A stretch of 64,000 nt of DNA from Candidatus Cloacimonadota bacterium. Its GTDB lineage: Bacteria; Cloacimonadota; Cloacimonadia; Cloacimonadales; Cloacimonadaceae. Of this stretch, positions 1 to 9,249 are shown in pieces. The notes beneath the pieces are model-generated. The model did no database searches. It saw only the letters and a program-made list of their open reading frames with translations, and was not told where the DNA came from. Within the stretch, counting starts at the first letter, position 1. Every line of letters begins with the position of its first letter. The position numbers and the translations under genes were made by a program. The DNA lies in assembly GCA_035420965.1 (NCBI GenBank), contig DAOLWC010000002.1, forward strand, positions 970 through 64,969. Direction: 5' to 3'.

Positions 1-1875
1 GTGAATCCGATCAGTGTAACCATATCCTGCGCCACCGCAGGGGCTACTATCCGTTATACAACAAATGGGTCGGAACCCACCGAATCTTCCGCTACCTACT
101 CCACACCGATTGCGATCAGTGAAAATACCACTCTCAAGGCCAGGGCTTACGCCGCCGATCTTGACCCCAGTTCCATTGCCACAGCGGTGTATAATTTCTC
201 CACCCAACAGCAAGACTTGTTCTTCTCCGAATACCTCGAAGGCAGTTCAAATAACAAGGCCATCGAGATATTCAATCCCACGGGAACCACTGCAGACCTT
301 TCCCAGTATACTGTCAGGCTTGCTTCCAACGGTAACGAATGGTCTTCCACCAACAGCGTGACCCTGTCCGGCAGCCTGCCCAACGGAGCAGTTTACGTGA
401 TAGCAAACGCAGAAGCAAGCCAGGATATTCTCAACATTGCCGATATCACCCATACTGTGACCTATTTCAATGGTGATGATTGCCTGGGATTGTTCCATGG
501 GGAAACCCTTATAGACATCATTGGAGTTTATCAGGAAGATCCTGGCACCGCCTGGCCTGTGGCAGGAGTTGAAGGCGCCACTCTCAACCATACTCTGATT
601 CGTAAACCTGCCATCACCCAAGGGAATATCGATTGGGCATCCAGCGCCGGCACGAATATGGATGACTCAGAATGGCTGGTCCACGATATCGATTACATAG
701 CTGATCTGGGAATGCACACCTATGAACCCGGAGGCGGCGACCAGGTGGCAACACCCACGTTCAATCCACCCGCCGGAGCCTACAGCCAACCTATATCTGT
801 GGCTATCTCCACCACCACACCCGGAGCCACTATCCGCTATACAACCAACGGAAACGACCCCACCGAGAGCTCCTCGATCTATACGACTCCCATTCAGGTG
901 AACTCAAATACCACAATCAAAGCCAGAGCCTACGCGGCGGGCATGGATCCCAGCTACATAGCGACTGCCACTTACTCCTTCGCGGTTGTAGTGCATAACC
1001 TGACTCAACTACGCCAGCAAACACCTGGAGACGGAACTGTTTACCGGGTGAGCGGTGAAGTTGTCCTGACCGCCCAACAAAACTTCCGCAACCAGAAATG
1101 GCTTCAGGATGCTGACGCCGGCATCATGATCGATGATCCATCCGGGGTCATCACCAGCAACTATAACGTCAAGGATGGTATACAAGGGCTTACCGGCACG
1201 ATCGTCCGCTACAACAACATGTTGGAACTAGTTCCCACCGTAAATCCTGGTCCCGCAAGTTCTACTGGCAACACACTGAATATACCTGAGGTGACCACAG
1301 CCATGGTCAATGCCAACGTAGAGCAGTATCAGGCCCGTTTGGTCCGCTTTGAAAATGCCCACTTTGTGGAAACAGGCAACTTTGCCAGTGGCACAAATTA
1401 CACCCTGGAAGACAATGCTGGAACCATAGTATTCCGCACTGTAATATATGACGCGGATTACATCGGCCAACCCATCCCATCCGGCAATATGACCATTGCG
1501 GCTATTGTCAATCAATACAATCAAACCCCGCAGGTCTTTGCGAGAAGGCAATCTGATCTGGGTTTCGTCAGTGTTGACGACGATCTCAACGCCCCTCTGA
1601 AGAACCAACTGATTGGGAACTACCCCAATCCATTCAATCCCAGTACGACGATCAGATTCACACTGGAGAAGTCAGCCCCGGCGCAGATCACCATCTACAA
1701 CCAGAAAGGCCAGCTTGTAAAGAGCTTCACTCTGGACAACCCTGCCAAGGGTATGAACAGCTTAACCTGGAACGGAACTGACGACAATGGCCGTTCAGTT
1801 GCCAATGGAGTATATTTCTTCAGACTCAAATCAGGTTCCTTTACCAGCACTAAAAAAATGGTCCTAATGAAATAA
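1..1875 (+). CDS. 5'-truncated secreted multidomain protein: Fn3-associated/chitobiase C-terminal repeats, lamin-tail domain, OB-fold-like region, FlgD-Ig/T9SS-like C-terminal domain
   Basis: Two TIRYTTNG.(E/D)PTESS..Y..PI.....T.KARAY repeats; LFFSEYLEGSSNNKAIEIFN lamin-tail motif; C-terminal NYPNPFNP...IYNQKGQLV...WNGTDDNG...GVYF...KKMVLMK. The ORF is open at the window edge. Confidence 0.8.
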   Translation: MNPISVTISCATAGATIRYTTNGSEPTESSATYSTPIAISENTTLKARAYAADLDPSSIATAVYNFSTQQQDLFFSEYLEGSSNNKAIEIFNPTGTTADLSQYTVRLASNGNEWSSTNSVTLSGSLPNGAVYVIANAEASQDILNIADITHTVTYFNGDDCLGLFHGETLIDIIGVYQEDPGTAWPVAGVEGATLNHTLIRKPAITQGNIDWASSAGTNMDDSEWLVHDIDYIADLGMHTYEPGGGDQVATPTFNPPAGAYSQPISVAISTTTPGATIRYTTNGNDPTESSSIYTTPIQVNSNTTIKARAYAAGMDPSYIATATYSFAVVVHNLTQLRQQTPGDGTVYRVSGEVVLTAQQNFRNQKWLQDADAGIMIDDPSGVITSNYNVKDGIQGLTGTIVRYNNMLELVPTVNPGPASSTGNTLNIPEVTTAMVNANVEQYQARLVRFENAHFVETGNFASGTNYTLEDNAGTIVFRTVIYDADYIGQPIPSGNMTIAAIVNQYNQTPQVFARRQSDLGFVSVDDDLNAPLKNQLIGNYPNPFNPSTTIRFTLEKSAPAQITIYNQKGQLVKSFTLDNPAKGMNSLTWNGTDDNGRSVANGVYFFRLKSGSFTSTKKMVLMK

Positions 1876-1876
1876 C

Positions 1877-2785
1877 TTGAAACTCAGAAGTCACTTATTC
1901 TGCCTGATCGCGATTGTAATATGGTCCAGCCTGGAGATCACAGGAAAGCTGGTGGGAGCGGGGATAGACCCCTACACGCTCACTGCCTGGCGGTTTGTGA
2001 TTGGTGGCCTGGCTATGTTGCCATTCGCGATCAGGCAACTCCTGATAAATAAACCAGAATTAGGCATTGGCAGCATACTGCACATCGGCGCGCTGGGAAT
2101 AATCAACGTCTGTGCCAGTATGCTGCTTTTGCAATTATCGATATTCTATGGCAAGGCCTCTCTCTCGGCTGTTATCGTTGCCATGAATCCCCTGTTTGTC
2201 ACCCTCTTTGCCAGATTGATCTTGAAGGAAGGATTGAATCTGCTGCAGTTCGTCTTTTTACTGCTGGGGATTTTTGGCCTAATCATGATCGTTCTCACAG
2301 AACGAAGCTTTGGTAGCACAGAGTATCGCAATCTCCCGCTGAGCATCCTGCTGGCTGTGATTGCTTCCGTTACTTTTGGTTTATACTCTGTACTGACCAA
2401 AAGCGCCGTGGGCAGATATGGAAATCTCATCACAAATTCGCTATCCTTCATCATTGGCGGAATCGTGCTCACCTGCGTCAACCTGTTGATAGGAAAACCT
2501 GTCCTCTTCGAGCCAAACAGCTCAAACCTCCTGTTTATGGCTTGGCTGGGTGTGGTGATAACCGGTATTGCCTATTTGCTCTACTTTGAAGGAATGAAGC
2601 ACATAACCGCGTCCCGGGCTTCGTTTTACTTTTTCCTGAAACCCGCGTTGGCGTCTTTGCTGGCCTATCTTATTCTGAAAGAGTTTTTAAGCATCGGTCA
2701 GTTGATCAGTGTGGTGATCATTGTTGTAAGCCTTGCGGCAAGCAACCTCTCTCAGTTGATTCCCAAAAAAGAGCCAAACCGATAA
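1877..2785 (+). CDS. EamA/DMT family transporter
   Basis: About 10 hydrophobic segments in two repeats (NPLFVTLFARLILKE / KPALASLLAYLILKE). Confidence 0.85.
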   Translation: MKLRSHLFCLIAIVIWSSLEITGKLVGAGIDPYTLTAWRFVIGGLAMLPFAIRQLLINKPELGIGSILHIGALGIINVCASMLLLQLSIFYGKASLSAVIVAMNPLFVTLFARLILKEGLNLLQFVFLLLGIFGLIMIVLTERSFGSTEYRNLPLSILLAVIASVTFGLYSVLTKSAVGRYGNLITNSLSFIIGGIVLTCVNLLIGKPVLFEPNSSNLLFMAWLGVVITGIAYLLYFEGMKHITASRASFYFFLKPALASLLAYLILKEFLSIGQLISVVIIVVSLAASNLSQLIPKKEPNR

Positions 2786-2858
2786 AGGCATCAGATCATC
2801 GACTGGAAAATGATTAACCAGCGACTCCGATGTTTTCCCGTTCAGAACATTCCCCATA

Positions 2859-3019
2859 ACATTCCGCATATTGCTTCATAGCTCCCGCCTTTGCTGCTCC
2901 TGGCTTTGATGCCATCATCCTTAGGTCATCCTTATAAATTATAAGGTTGACCCCAGGAAGACCCAGGCTGGAGAGGGTGATGCAAATGAGGACCATCCCT
3001 TCATAATATATAGGTGCTA
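2859..3019. repeat. Intergenic module A, copy 1 (161 bp; invariant 42-bp core at 2911-2952)
   Basis: Reverse complement aligns without gaps to 45718-45878 (about 17 mismatches by hand count); core identical to 13364-13405. Confidence 0.95.
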
Positions 3020-3084
3020 GGACTAGGTCGTGGAAAGGTAGAATGGAAATAGAAAACATTATGTTCTACGGCTCAAAGAATAAT

Positions 3085-3981
3085 TCAGGAGGCAAGAGCC
3101 TGAGCCTTTTTCAAGGTCGTCAATTTCAAGCCCATCCCTTCCACTTGCGTTATAAACTTACGCAGGGCATCCAATTTGGCTCTGCTATGGCAATGGGTAA
3201 TAATTATAATCGGTTCTCTGCGCCCCTTGTATTTACCAAGGGATGAAATCTTGCTGGCAAGAGTTGCGTCTGTATTATCAGGAACATCAAGGAAAATATC
3301 ACGTTTCAATGCAGGATAGCCAAGTGTTTTAGCCAAAGAGGGCACAACGCTTTCACCCGTGGTAGCGCTGTCGATGAAGATCAGGCCCTTGGAGTCCAGA
3401 TAGTTTAGGACCGCAGTCATGGCTTCCCGATTGGCAGTAACCGCGCTGCCGGTATGGTTGTTGGCTCCCATTGCCATGGGTAGTTGAGCATGGAAATCCG
3501 CCAGGGTGGTCACGATCTCATCAGCGGAAGCATTTTTCTTGATATACCTTGCTCCAGTTGCGCTGGTATTCGATACAGCTTGCATGGGCGCGTGGATAAG
3601 AACTTCGTGTCCATGAGAAGCCGCAACTGCTCCGGCTTTCTGGGTGTGTGGAAGATCGGGCAATACCGCAAAAACCACTTCTTTGGGTAAACTGGCATAG
3701 TCGTCCAACAGCTCGCCCGCAAAATTGCCAAAGTCATCGATAATAATTACGATTGGTGGGATTTCTTCCCCATTATCCCATGAATAGCTGAACTTGCTCA
3801 GAGGCAATTCTGAGTATTTATCTGCCGGCTGTTCAATTTCTTCAGATGCTGGTGTCTCTTCTAACGTATTGATACTATGTTCATCAGTGGCATCATTATT
3901 ATAGTCTTGTTTAACATTATCCCTGCATCCTATTACTAATAATAAGGTTATGATTATGATTACACTATATAGATGTCTCAT
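3085..3981 (-). CDS. Divergent polysaccharide deacetylase (YibQ family) lipoprotein
   Basis: IIIDDFG, HEVLIHAPMQ, NNHTGS, FIDSAT, RDIFLD motifs; LVIGC lipobox. Confidence 0.85.
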   Translation of the reverse strand: MRHLYSVIIIITLLLVIGCRDNVKQDYNNDATDEHSINTLEETPASEEIEQPADKYSELPLSKFSYSWDNGEEIPPIVIIIDDFGNFAGELLDDYASLPKEVVFAVLPDLPHTQKAGAVAASHGHEVLIHAPMQAVSNTSATGARYIKKNASADEIVTTLADFHAQLPMAMGANNHTGSAVTANREAMTAVLNYLDSKGLIFIDSATTGESVVPSLAKTLGYPALKRDIFLDVPDNTDATLASKISSLGKYKGRREPIIIITHCHSRAKLDALRKFITQVEGMGLKLTTLKKAQALAS

Positions 3982-4478
3982 TTGTTCCTGCTCCAGACGA
4001 TTCTATCACCTGGCTCGATGCCATGTTTATCCACCATTCCCGCTTTTAGTTCCAACGTGTATTTATTGACAGCCATGCTTTCTATTCTCTCTTCGCTGAA
4101 GGGTGTGGTCTTTTCCTCAATTTGGAAGATGATTCCGGATTCGTCAATAAAAAGCATATCCAAAGGCATATATGTGTCTTGCATCCAAAAACCATAAGGG
4201 ACTTTCCCATCGAAAACGAACAGCATCCCCTGGTCGTCATTCATAGTTTCCCTGTATTTTAGACCCTGGTGAAGAGCGTTTTCCGTTTCAGCGATCTCAA
4301 TGGAGAAATTGCCTTTCGCCAGACCCTGGGGAGATTCTATTCTTAGCTTGCCATCTTCACGAAACTCGATGTTCTTAACAGGTTCGTTTTGAGGGGCTTC
4401 TTTGTGACAGCCAAGCAGTAAAACTGCAATAATGGCCAGGCAAAGGGTTTGCAGGATCTTTATCATGATGTGCCTCAC
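3978..4478 (-). CDS. DUF192 domain lipoprotein
   Basis: IEIA...GLKYR...GMLFVF...FWMQDT..PLDMLFID...LELKAG; LLLGC lipobox. Confidence 0.85.
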   Translation of the reverse strand: MRHIMIKILQTLCLAIIAVLLLGCHKEAPQNEPVKNIEFREDGKLRIESPQGLAKGNFSIEIAETENALHQGLKYRETMNDDQGMLFVFDGKVPYGFWMQDTYMPLDMLFIDESGIIFQIEEKTTPFSEERIESMAVNKYTLELKAGMVDKHGIEPGDRIVWSRNK

Positions 4479-7375
4479 TTTAAAAGAACCATCTTGCGAA
4501 TTGCCGATTTTGCGGAAGATGTAAGTCTGGCAAAATACACTCCGCTGCCTACAGGCTGTCCGCTGGTATCCCTGCCATCCCAGACTACCGAATGCCTGCC
4601 TGCTGCAAGCCGGGCGTCGATCATTGTTTTCACCAATTGTCCTTTGACATTGTATATATTCAGAATAGCTCTGTCCGTAGTTTGCAGTGAAAACCTTATC
4701 TCTGTCGCTGGATTGAAAGGATTTGGATAGTTCTGCTCCAAACCAAACGATAAGGCTGGAGTGGAAGGATCGTCTTCAGCGTTGCCGGTGTTGATAAAAA
4801 TGGAACCAGGGACACCATTCAAAGAATATTGCAGAGTAAAGCTCTGGGGATTATCCTCCAGTTCAATAAACAGAGAGTCAGACTGGGTATTGTAGCCTGC
4901 GAAGCCATAAGTTTCTGTCTCTGGGTTGAAAGACTGGGCGAATGGATGGTTAAAAGCTGCTCCGTTATGATATACGTGCAGAATATTGACAGGGCTGGTC
5001 GAAAGCTCCAGGGAACAGAGGAACTCTGGATCGGCTAAGTCAACGACCAGATACTGATCGAAGTGAGCGCTGATGCCTGGATCAGTGGGAGTTTCAGGGA
5101 TGCCTGACTGCACGGGTAGTAAATAGGCTGCCTCATAGAGATACTTACACAGCAGATAGGCATCAAAAGCATCGACATCATTGTCGTTATCCAAATCAGC
5201 GCAATCAAGCCTGGGAGCTGTCCACGGCCTGGGGTCTATATCTGTCAAAGGATCGAGGCCAACAGCATAATCCAGGATCGCCCTGACATCAGTGATGTTG
5301 ACAACACCATCCGCTGTAACATCCCCATAACTCAGGTTGGAGCTATCAATGCCAATGATACGCACATCGTCGATATAGATTCCGTCGGCATTCACACCTT
5401 GATCTGAGGAGATTCTGAAACGCAGGTAGAAGTTGTTGCCCGCGAAAGATGCCAGATCGAAGCTTGAATCGATCCAACTGCTTTGCGTGCCGGTAAAACT
5501 GCCCAACTGAGTCCAGGTTGTGCCAGTATTTGAGCCCTCAACATAAACGAAATCGTATCCATCCTCAAGAGAGTATTTACAACGAAAATGAAGGCGGGGA
5601 TTGCTGACAGCGGCAAGCGAAACAGGATTCGTAAGGCGGGCTGTCCGGTTTTGATTGTTGCCATAGTTGCCGTTGGGAGAATCTGTGAGAACCATGCTGC
5701 CGTCTTCTAACACGGTGTTCCAATTGCCATTAACAGTCCAGTTACCCAGCCCCTGCTCAAATTCGTCAGCAAAAACAGGGGTTTGCAACACAATGATGTT
5801 CCGATAATTACCCATTTGCCCCGGGGTTGATTCAGCAAGGATCGTCAGTTGATAAATACCATGCCCCGGAGCGTTGATCTTTACATCATAGCTGCCAGTG
5901 AAGATATGCGCACTAAAAAGGCCTTGCTGGTCGGTGATGACCTCAAGTGGTGGTTCGGTGCCAATGGTCAGAGTTGCGGCGGGAACGGGATTTCCCAGAT
6001 GGTCTCTCACCTGTCCATTGTACGTTACCTGCACCGCGGGAAAGAGAGTAAAGTTTTCAACCACCGATCCACTGGGGGGAACAATGATTTGCCTTGTTTG
6101 GCTTTCGTAGCCGTGTGATGATACAGTAAGCTGGTAAGTGCCCGGCAACAGAATGCGGTGATAGTCTCCCACATCCGGGTCGGTGTTTACCTGCCTTGCG
6201 TTGCCGCTGACGCTTATCCTGGCGGAAAGTGGAGCGCCGGATGGAGATGTAACCAATCCGCTCACTCCTTTGTGCACAAACTCCATATATGACAGCATCG
6301 ATTCCTGGTTCAGGTTCCAGAATCCGGGCAACTGATTAGCTGGCGGCCATTTGTTTAACCCAATCTCCATTGTTATATCCATGCAGTCTGTAAAACCATA
6401 GAACCAGTCTTGCATCGATCCCGTGATCACATACCATTGAGCGCCATTGGTAATTCCCTGTGGGAATTCGTAGCTATTGTACATGGAAGAATTGTGTGAT
6501 GTATATGTCAGGGCTGCCTGGATCAGGATGTCATTGTCCGGAGTCAAAGTATAGGTATAGTCCCAAGGATAGTTTGCCACCAGCTCTCCCCCATGGAAGT
6601 TTGCGGAAAGGACAAAACTGTTTGAGGTTGCGTGGTTCATGATGGCAGTGTTTTCGATGGCAGTGGGATAGCCATCTGGATGTTGATTTCCGCTTGGCAT
6701 GGGAAAGTTTCTATTCAGGTCGACTCCAGTGGCATTATAGCGTTGTCCCAGTACAAAGCCATCCGGGTTCATCATTGGGCAGATCCAGATCTCTGTGTTG
6801 TTGACCAGGTTTGTGATCCGATCATTGGTTCCATACTCCGAAGTAAGCTGCTGGATCAGACGTATACACATATCGTAGCCCACCACTTCATCGCCATGAA
6901 TAGATGATATATAGCGAAACTCTGGTTCTGCTTCCTGGAGAGTTGGATTATCTGTGATTTTCAAAAAATACAGAGGCCTGTTCTGCGTAGAACTGCCTAC
7001 CTGAACAAGCTGGCAAATATTCGGATAGCTATTGGCAGTGGATACCATAAACTGGTTATACTGATCGATCGAATAATACTCGTTCTTCGGAGAGCCGTAT
7101 TTGGGCGAGGAATGAAGCAGTTGTGCGTTCTCCCTGGCGGGATCGGGCAGCTTCTGCGGCACCAATCCCAAATCCTGGATCTGTAAGAATTCATTATCAT
7201 TTCGAACGTATGCAATGATATTGCCGCTTTGGCGATTCACATAGTCCACGCTGATGCCTGCCATATTCAAAGCCTTGACATCCTCATTAAGACGCCAACT
7301 TTGAATCAGGATTGGATAGCTGAATCCTGAGACAGTCAGGACTGCGAAAATGGTTAGTATGAATAAGCGTTTCAT
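4475..7375 (-). CDS. M14 zinc carboxypeptidase with carboxypeptidase-regulatory domains, beta-sandwich domain, dockerin-like pair and T9SS-like C-terminal domain
   Basis: HGDE, NPDG, RYN...DLNRNFP, ANFHGG.LVANYPWD, GSMQDW; GDVTADGVVNITD...ADLDNDNDVDAFDA; QNYPNPFNP...RKMVLLK. Confidence 0.85.
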   Translation of the reverse strand: MKRLFILTIFAVLTVSGFSYPILIQSWRLNEDVKALNMAGISVDYVNRQSGNIIAYVRNDNEFLQIQDLGLVPQKLPDPARENAQLLHSSPKYGSPKNEYYSIDQYNQFMVSTANSYPNICQLVQVGSSTQNRPLYFLKITDNPTLQEAEPEFRYISSIHGDEVVGYDMCIRLIQQLTSEYGTNDRITNLVNNTEIWICPMMNPDGFVLGQRYNATGVDLNRNFPMPSGNQHPDGYPTAIENTAIMNHATSNSFVLSANFHGGELVANYPWDYTYTLTPDNDILIQAALTYTSHNSSMYNSYEFPQGITNGAQWYVITGSMQDWFYGFTDCMDITMEIGLNKWPPANQLPGFWNLNQESMLSYMEFVHKGVSGLVTSPSGAPLSARISVSGNARQVNTDPDVGDYHRILLPGTYQLTVSSHGYESQTRQIIVPPSGSVVENFTLFPAVQVTYNGQVRDHLGNPVPAATLTIGTEPPLEVITDQQGLFSAHIFTGSYDVKINAPGHGIYQLTILAESTPGQMGNYRNIIVLQTPVFADEFEQGLGNWTVNGNWNTVLEDGSMVLTDSPNGNYGNNQNRTARLTNPVSLAAVSNPRLHFRCKYSLEDGYDFVYVEGSNTGTTWTQLGSFTGTQSSWIDSSFDLASFAGNNFYLRFRISSDQGVNADGIYIDDVRIIGIDSSNLSYGDVTADGVVNITDVRAILDYAVGLDPLTDIDPRPWTAPRLDCADLDNDNDVDAFDAYLLCKYLYEAAYLLPVQSGIPETPTDPGISAHFDQYLVVDLADPEFLCSLELSTSPVNILHVYHNGAAFNHPFAQSFNPETETYGFAGYNTQSDSLFIELEDNPQSFTLQYSLNGVPGSIFINTGNAEDDPSTPALSFGLEQNYPNPFNPATEIRFSLQTTDRAILNIYNVKGQLVKTMIDARLAAGRHSVVWDGRDTSGQPVGSGVYFARLTSSAKSAIRKMVLLK

Positions 7376-7629
7376 ATAATTCCTTAGTGGTTCAATATAC
7401 CCTAAACTGCCATGATATGCATTATTCAGGCCAAATCAGATAAAAGCCAGGCTAACAGCGTCACGCGATTGACATTGCTTAATGCTGCTTCATTCCTGAT
7501 CTGACATGGTTCACAAGCAACCGCTGCACTGCGCCTGGCGTTGGTCAAAAAAACCCGGATGCTTATTCTGTCAACTCATTTCACTTTTTCGCTTGTCAAA
7601 TTTCTGTCCTGATAAATCTGGTATCGCTT

Positions 7630-9249
7630 ATGAGAAACTATACAATATTATTAATCATCTGCATCCTTTTAATGTCCACATATCCCTTGATTGGAGGATC
7701 ATGGCAATGGGCGACCAGTTTTGGCGCCCAGGGTATGGAATCTGTCTGGGATATGGATGTGCACTCGTATTCCGGGGATATCTATGTAGGTGGAGATTTT
7801 ACTGATTCCTTACTCATTGAGGGAAGTGTATATCCAGCCTCAGGTGAGTCTGATTCATATATAATTAAATACAACGATCTTGGAATCTTCCAATGGATCA
7901 GGACCTTTGGGTCTACTGAACAGGACGTGTGTCTTTCAATAGCAACTGATGCCGCCGGGAACTGCTGCTTTTCGGGATTCTATTCCGGCACTTTGGTGAT
8001 TGGAAACAATCAATACCAGAGTAATGGAGGTTGGGAAGGTTATTTGGGAAAATTGTCCCCTGATGGAGATCTTCTCTGGTTTCGCTCCTTCGGAGGCCCT
8101 CTTACGGATCTTGGATATGGAATATCAGTTGATTTGGCAGGGAATTGCTATGTTACAGGCTGGTTTGGGGGTAATATCGACTTTGGCAACAACATATCCA
8201 TCACCAGTTTTGGAGGCAGCGATATTTTCCTGCTTAAGACCGACCCCAATGGCAACCCTCTCTGGGCAAGACATGCAGGCACTGCCGGAGTTGAATATGG
8301 ATACAAGGTGGATGTCAGTGCCAATGGTTACGCGTATGTAACTGGATATGCAAGTCCTGGCAGTGATTTTGATGGAGTGGTTACTGACGCGTCGGGTATG
8401 TTTGTTGCCAAGTACGATCCAATGGGAAACATCGAATGGGTGCTTCCCTCATATAACACAGGCGCAATCAATATCGGTATTTCCTGGGTGGATTTGGTAT
8501 CTCACGACGGTGTGGTCATTGGACGTGTGACGGGCACTGGAATTATTGGCGACACTGTTATTAACAGCGTAAACGAATCTGATGATATTTATGTGGCTAA
8601 GTTCAGTTCTGACGGTTCCTGGACTGAAGTTCAACACTATGGAGGGCCAGGTTCTGACAAAGGACGGGCAGTTGATAACCGCAATCCTTTAACCATGCTA
8701 TTCAGCTTCGAGGAGCAAATCAATATTGGTAACCACACTCTTAACTCCAATGGACTTTCAGATGTCGTAATCTACAATAGCATTTATCCTCCTGTATCCT
8801 TTGGAGGTGAGAATGTCGATATTGGAAATAGTGTAAAACGCCTTCCCTTGGATAGATTTGTTGTGACAGGCTGGTTTAGCGGCATCGTGAGGTTTGGCAA
8901 CCATGTGATCAACAGCGGTTCAAATACCAACCAGGATGGGTTTGTGGCTTTATATGACGCCCTGGCCTCAAATGTTGATGATCCAAACGCAACTGCCTAT
9001 AAACCGCTACTCTGCTATCCCAATCCAAGCAGCCAATCGATAACGATTGAGGGTAAGGGTCTCGATAAGGTAAGCGTGTATAACATACGGGGACAGTTGA
9101 TCCGTGAACTTGCTCCCAACAGAAGCGTTGACGGCATAAACAGCTTCTATTGGGATGGACGAGATGCCTCTTCTGTAAATTGCTCTCCAGGCGTTTATCT
9201 GGTCAAAGCCGGACTCAAAAGTGCCAAGGTGATACTGCTGGACAAATGA
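7630..9249 (+). CDS. SBBP-repeat beta-propeller protein with T9SS-like C-terminal domain
   Basis: Repeated W...FGG...D.G.GI..D..GN.YVTG.F...D.F..K.D..G; C-terminal YPNP...VYNIRGQL...WDGRD. Confidence 0.8.
   Translation: MRNYTILLIICILLMSTYPLIGGSWQWATSFGAQGMESVWDMDVHSYSGDIYVGGDFTDSLLIEGSVYPASGESDSYIIKYNDLGIFQWIRTFGSTEQDVCLSIATDAAGNCCFSGFYSGTLVIGNNQYQSNGGWEGYLGKLSPDGDLLWFRSFGGPLTDLGYGISVDLAGNCYVTGWFGGNIDFGNNISITSFGGSDIFLLKTDPNGNPLWARHAGTAGVEYGYKVDVSANGYAYVTGYASPGSDFDGVVTDASGMFVAKYDPMGNIEWVLPSYNTGAINIGISWVDLVSHDGVVIGRVTGTGIIGDTVINSVNESDDIYVAKFSSDGSWTEVQHYGGPGSDKGRAVDNRNPLTMLFSFEEQINIGNHTLNSNGLSDVVIYNSIYPPVSFGGENVDIGNSVKRLPLDRFVVTGWFSGIVRFGNHVINSGSNTNQDGFVALYDALASNVDDPNATAYKPLLCYPNPSSQSITIEGKGLDKVSVYNIRGQLIRELAPNRSVDGINSFYWDGRDASSVNCSPGVYLVKAGLKSAKVILLDK

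Noticed and set aside
2911-2952. Module A core as a CRISPR repeat
   Set aside because: Copies are 10-32 kb apart with homologous flanks; no spacer array and no cas genes.
2814-3059. Paralogous small ORFs 2814-3059(-) and 45582-45887(+) sharing APIYYEG..LICITLS..GLPGVNLIIYKDDLRMMA
   Set aside because: They are translations of module A. By hand count about 4 synonymous versus 9 non-synonymous codon changes, no shared start or RBS, and copies 2 and 4 do not keep the full frame. A peptide is not strictly excluded.
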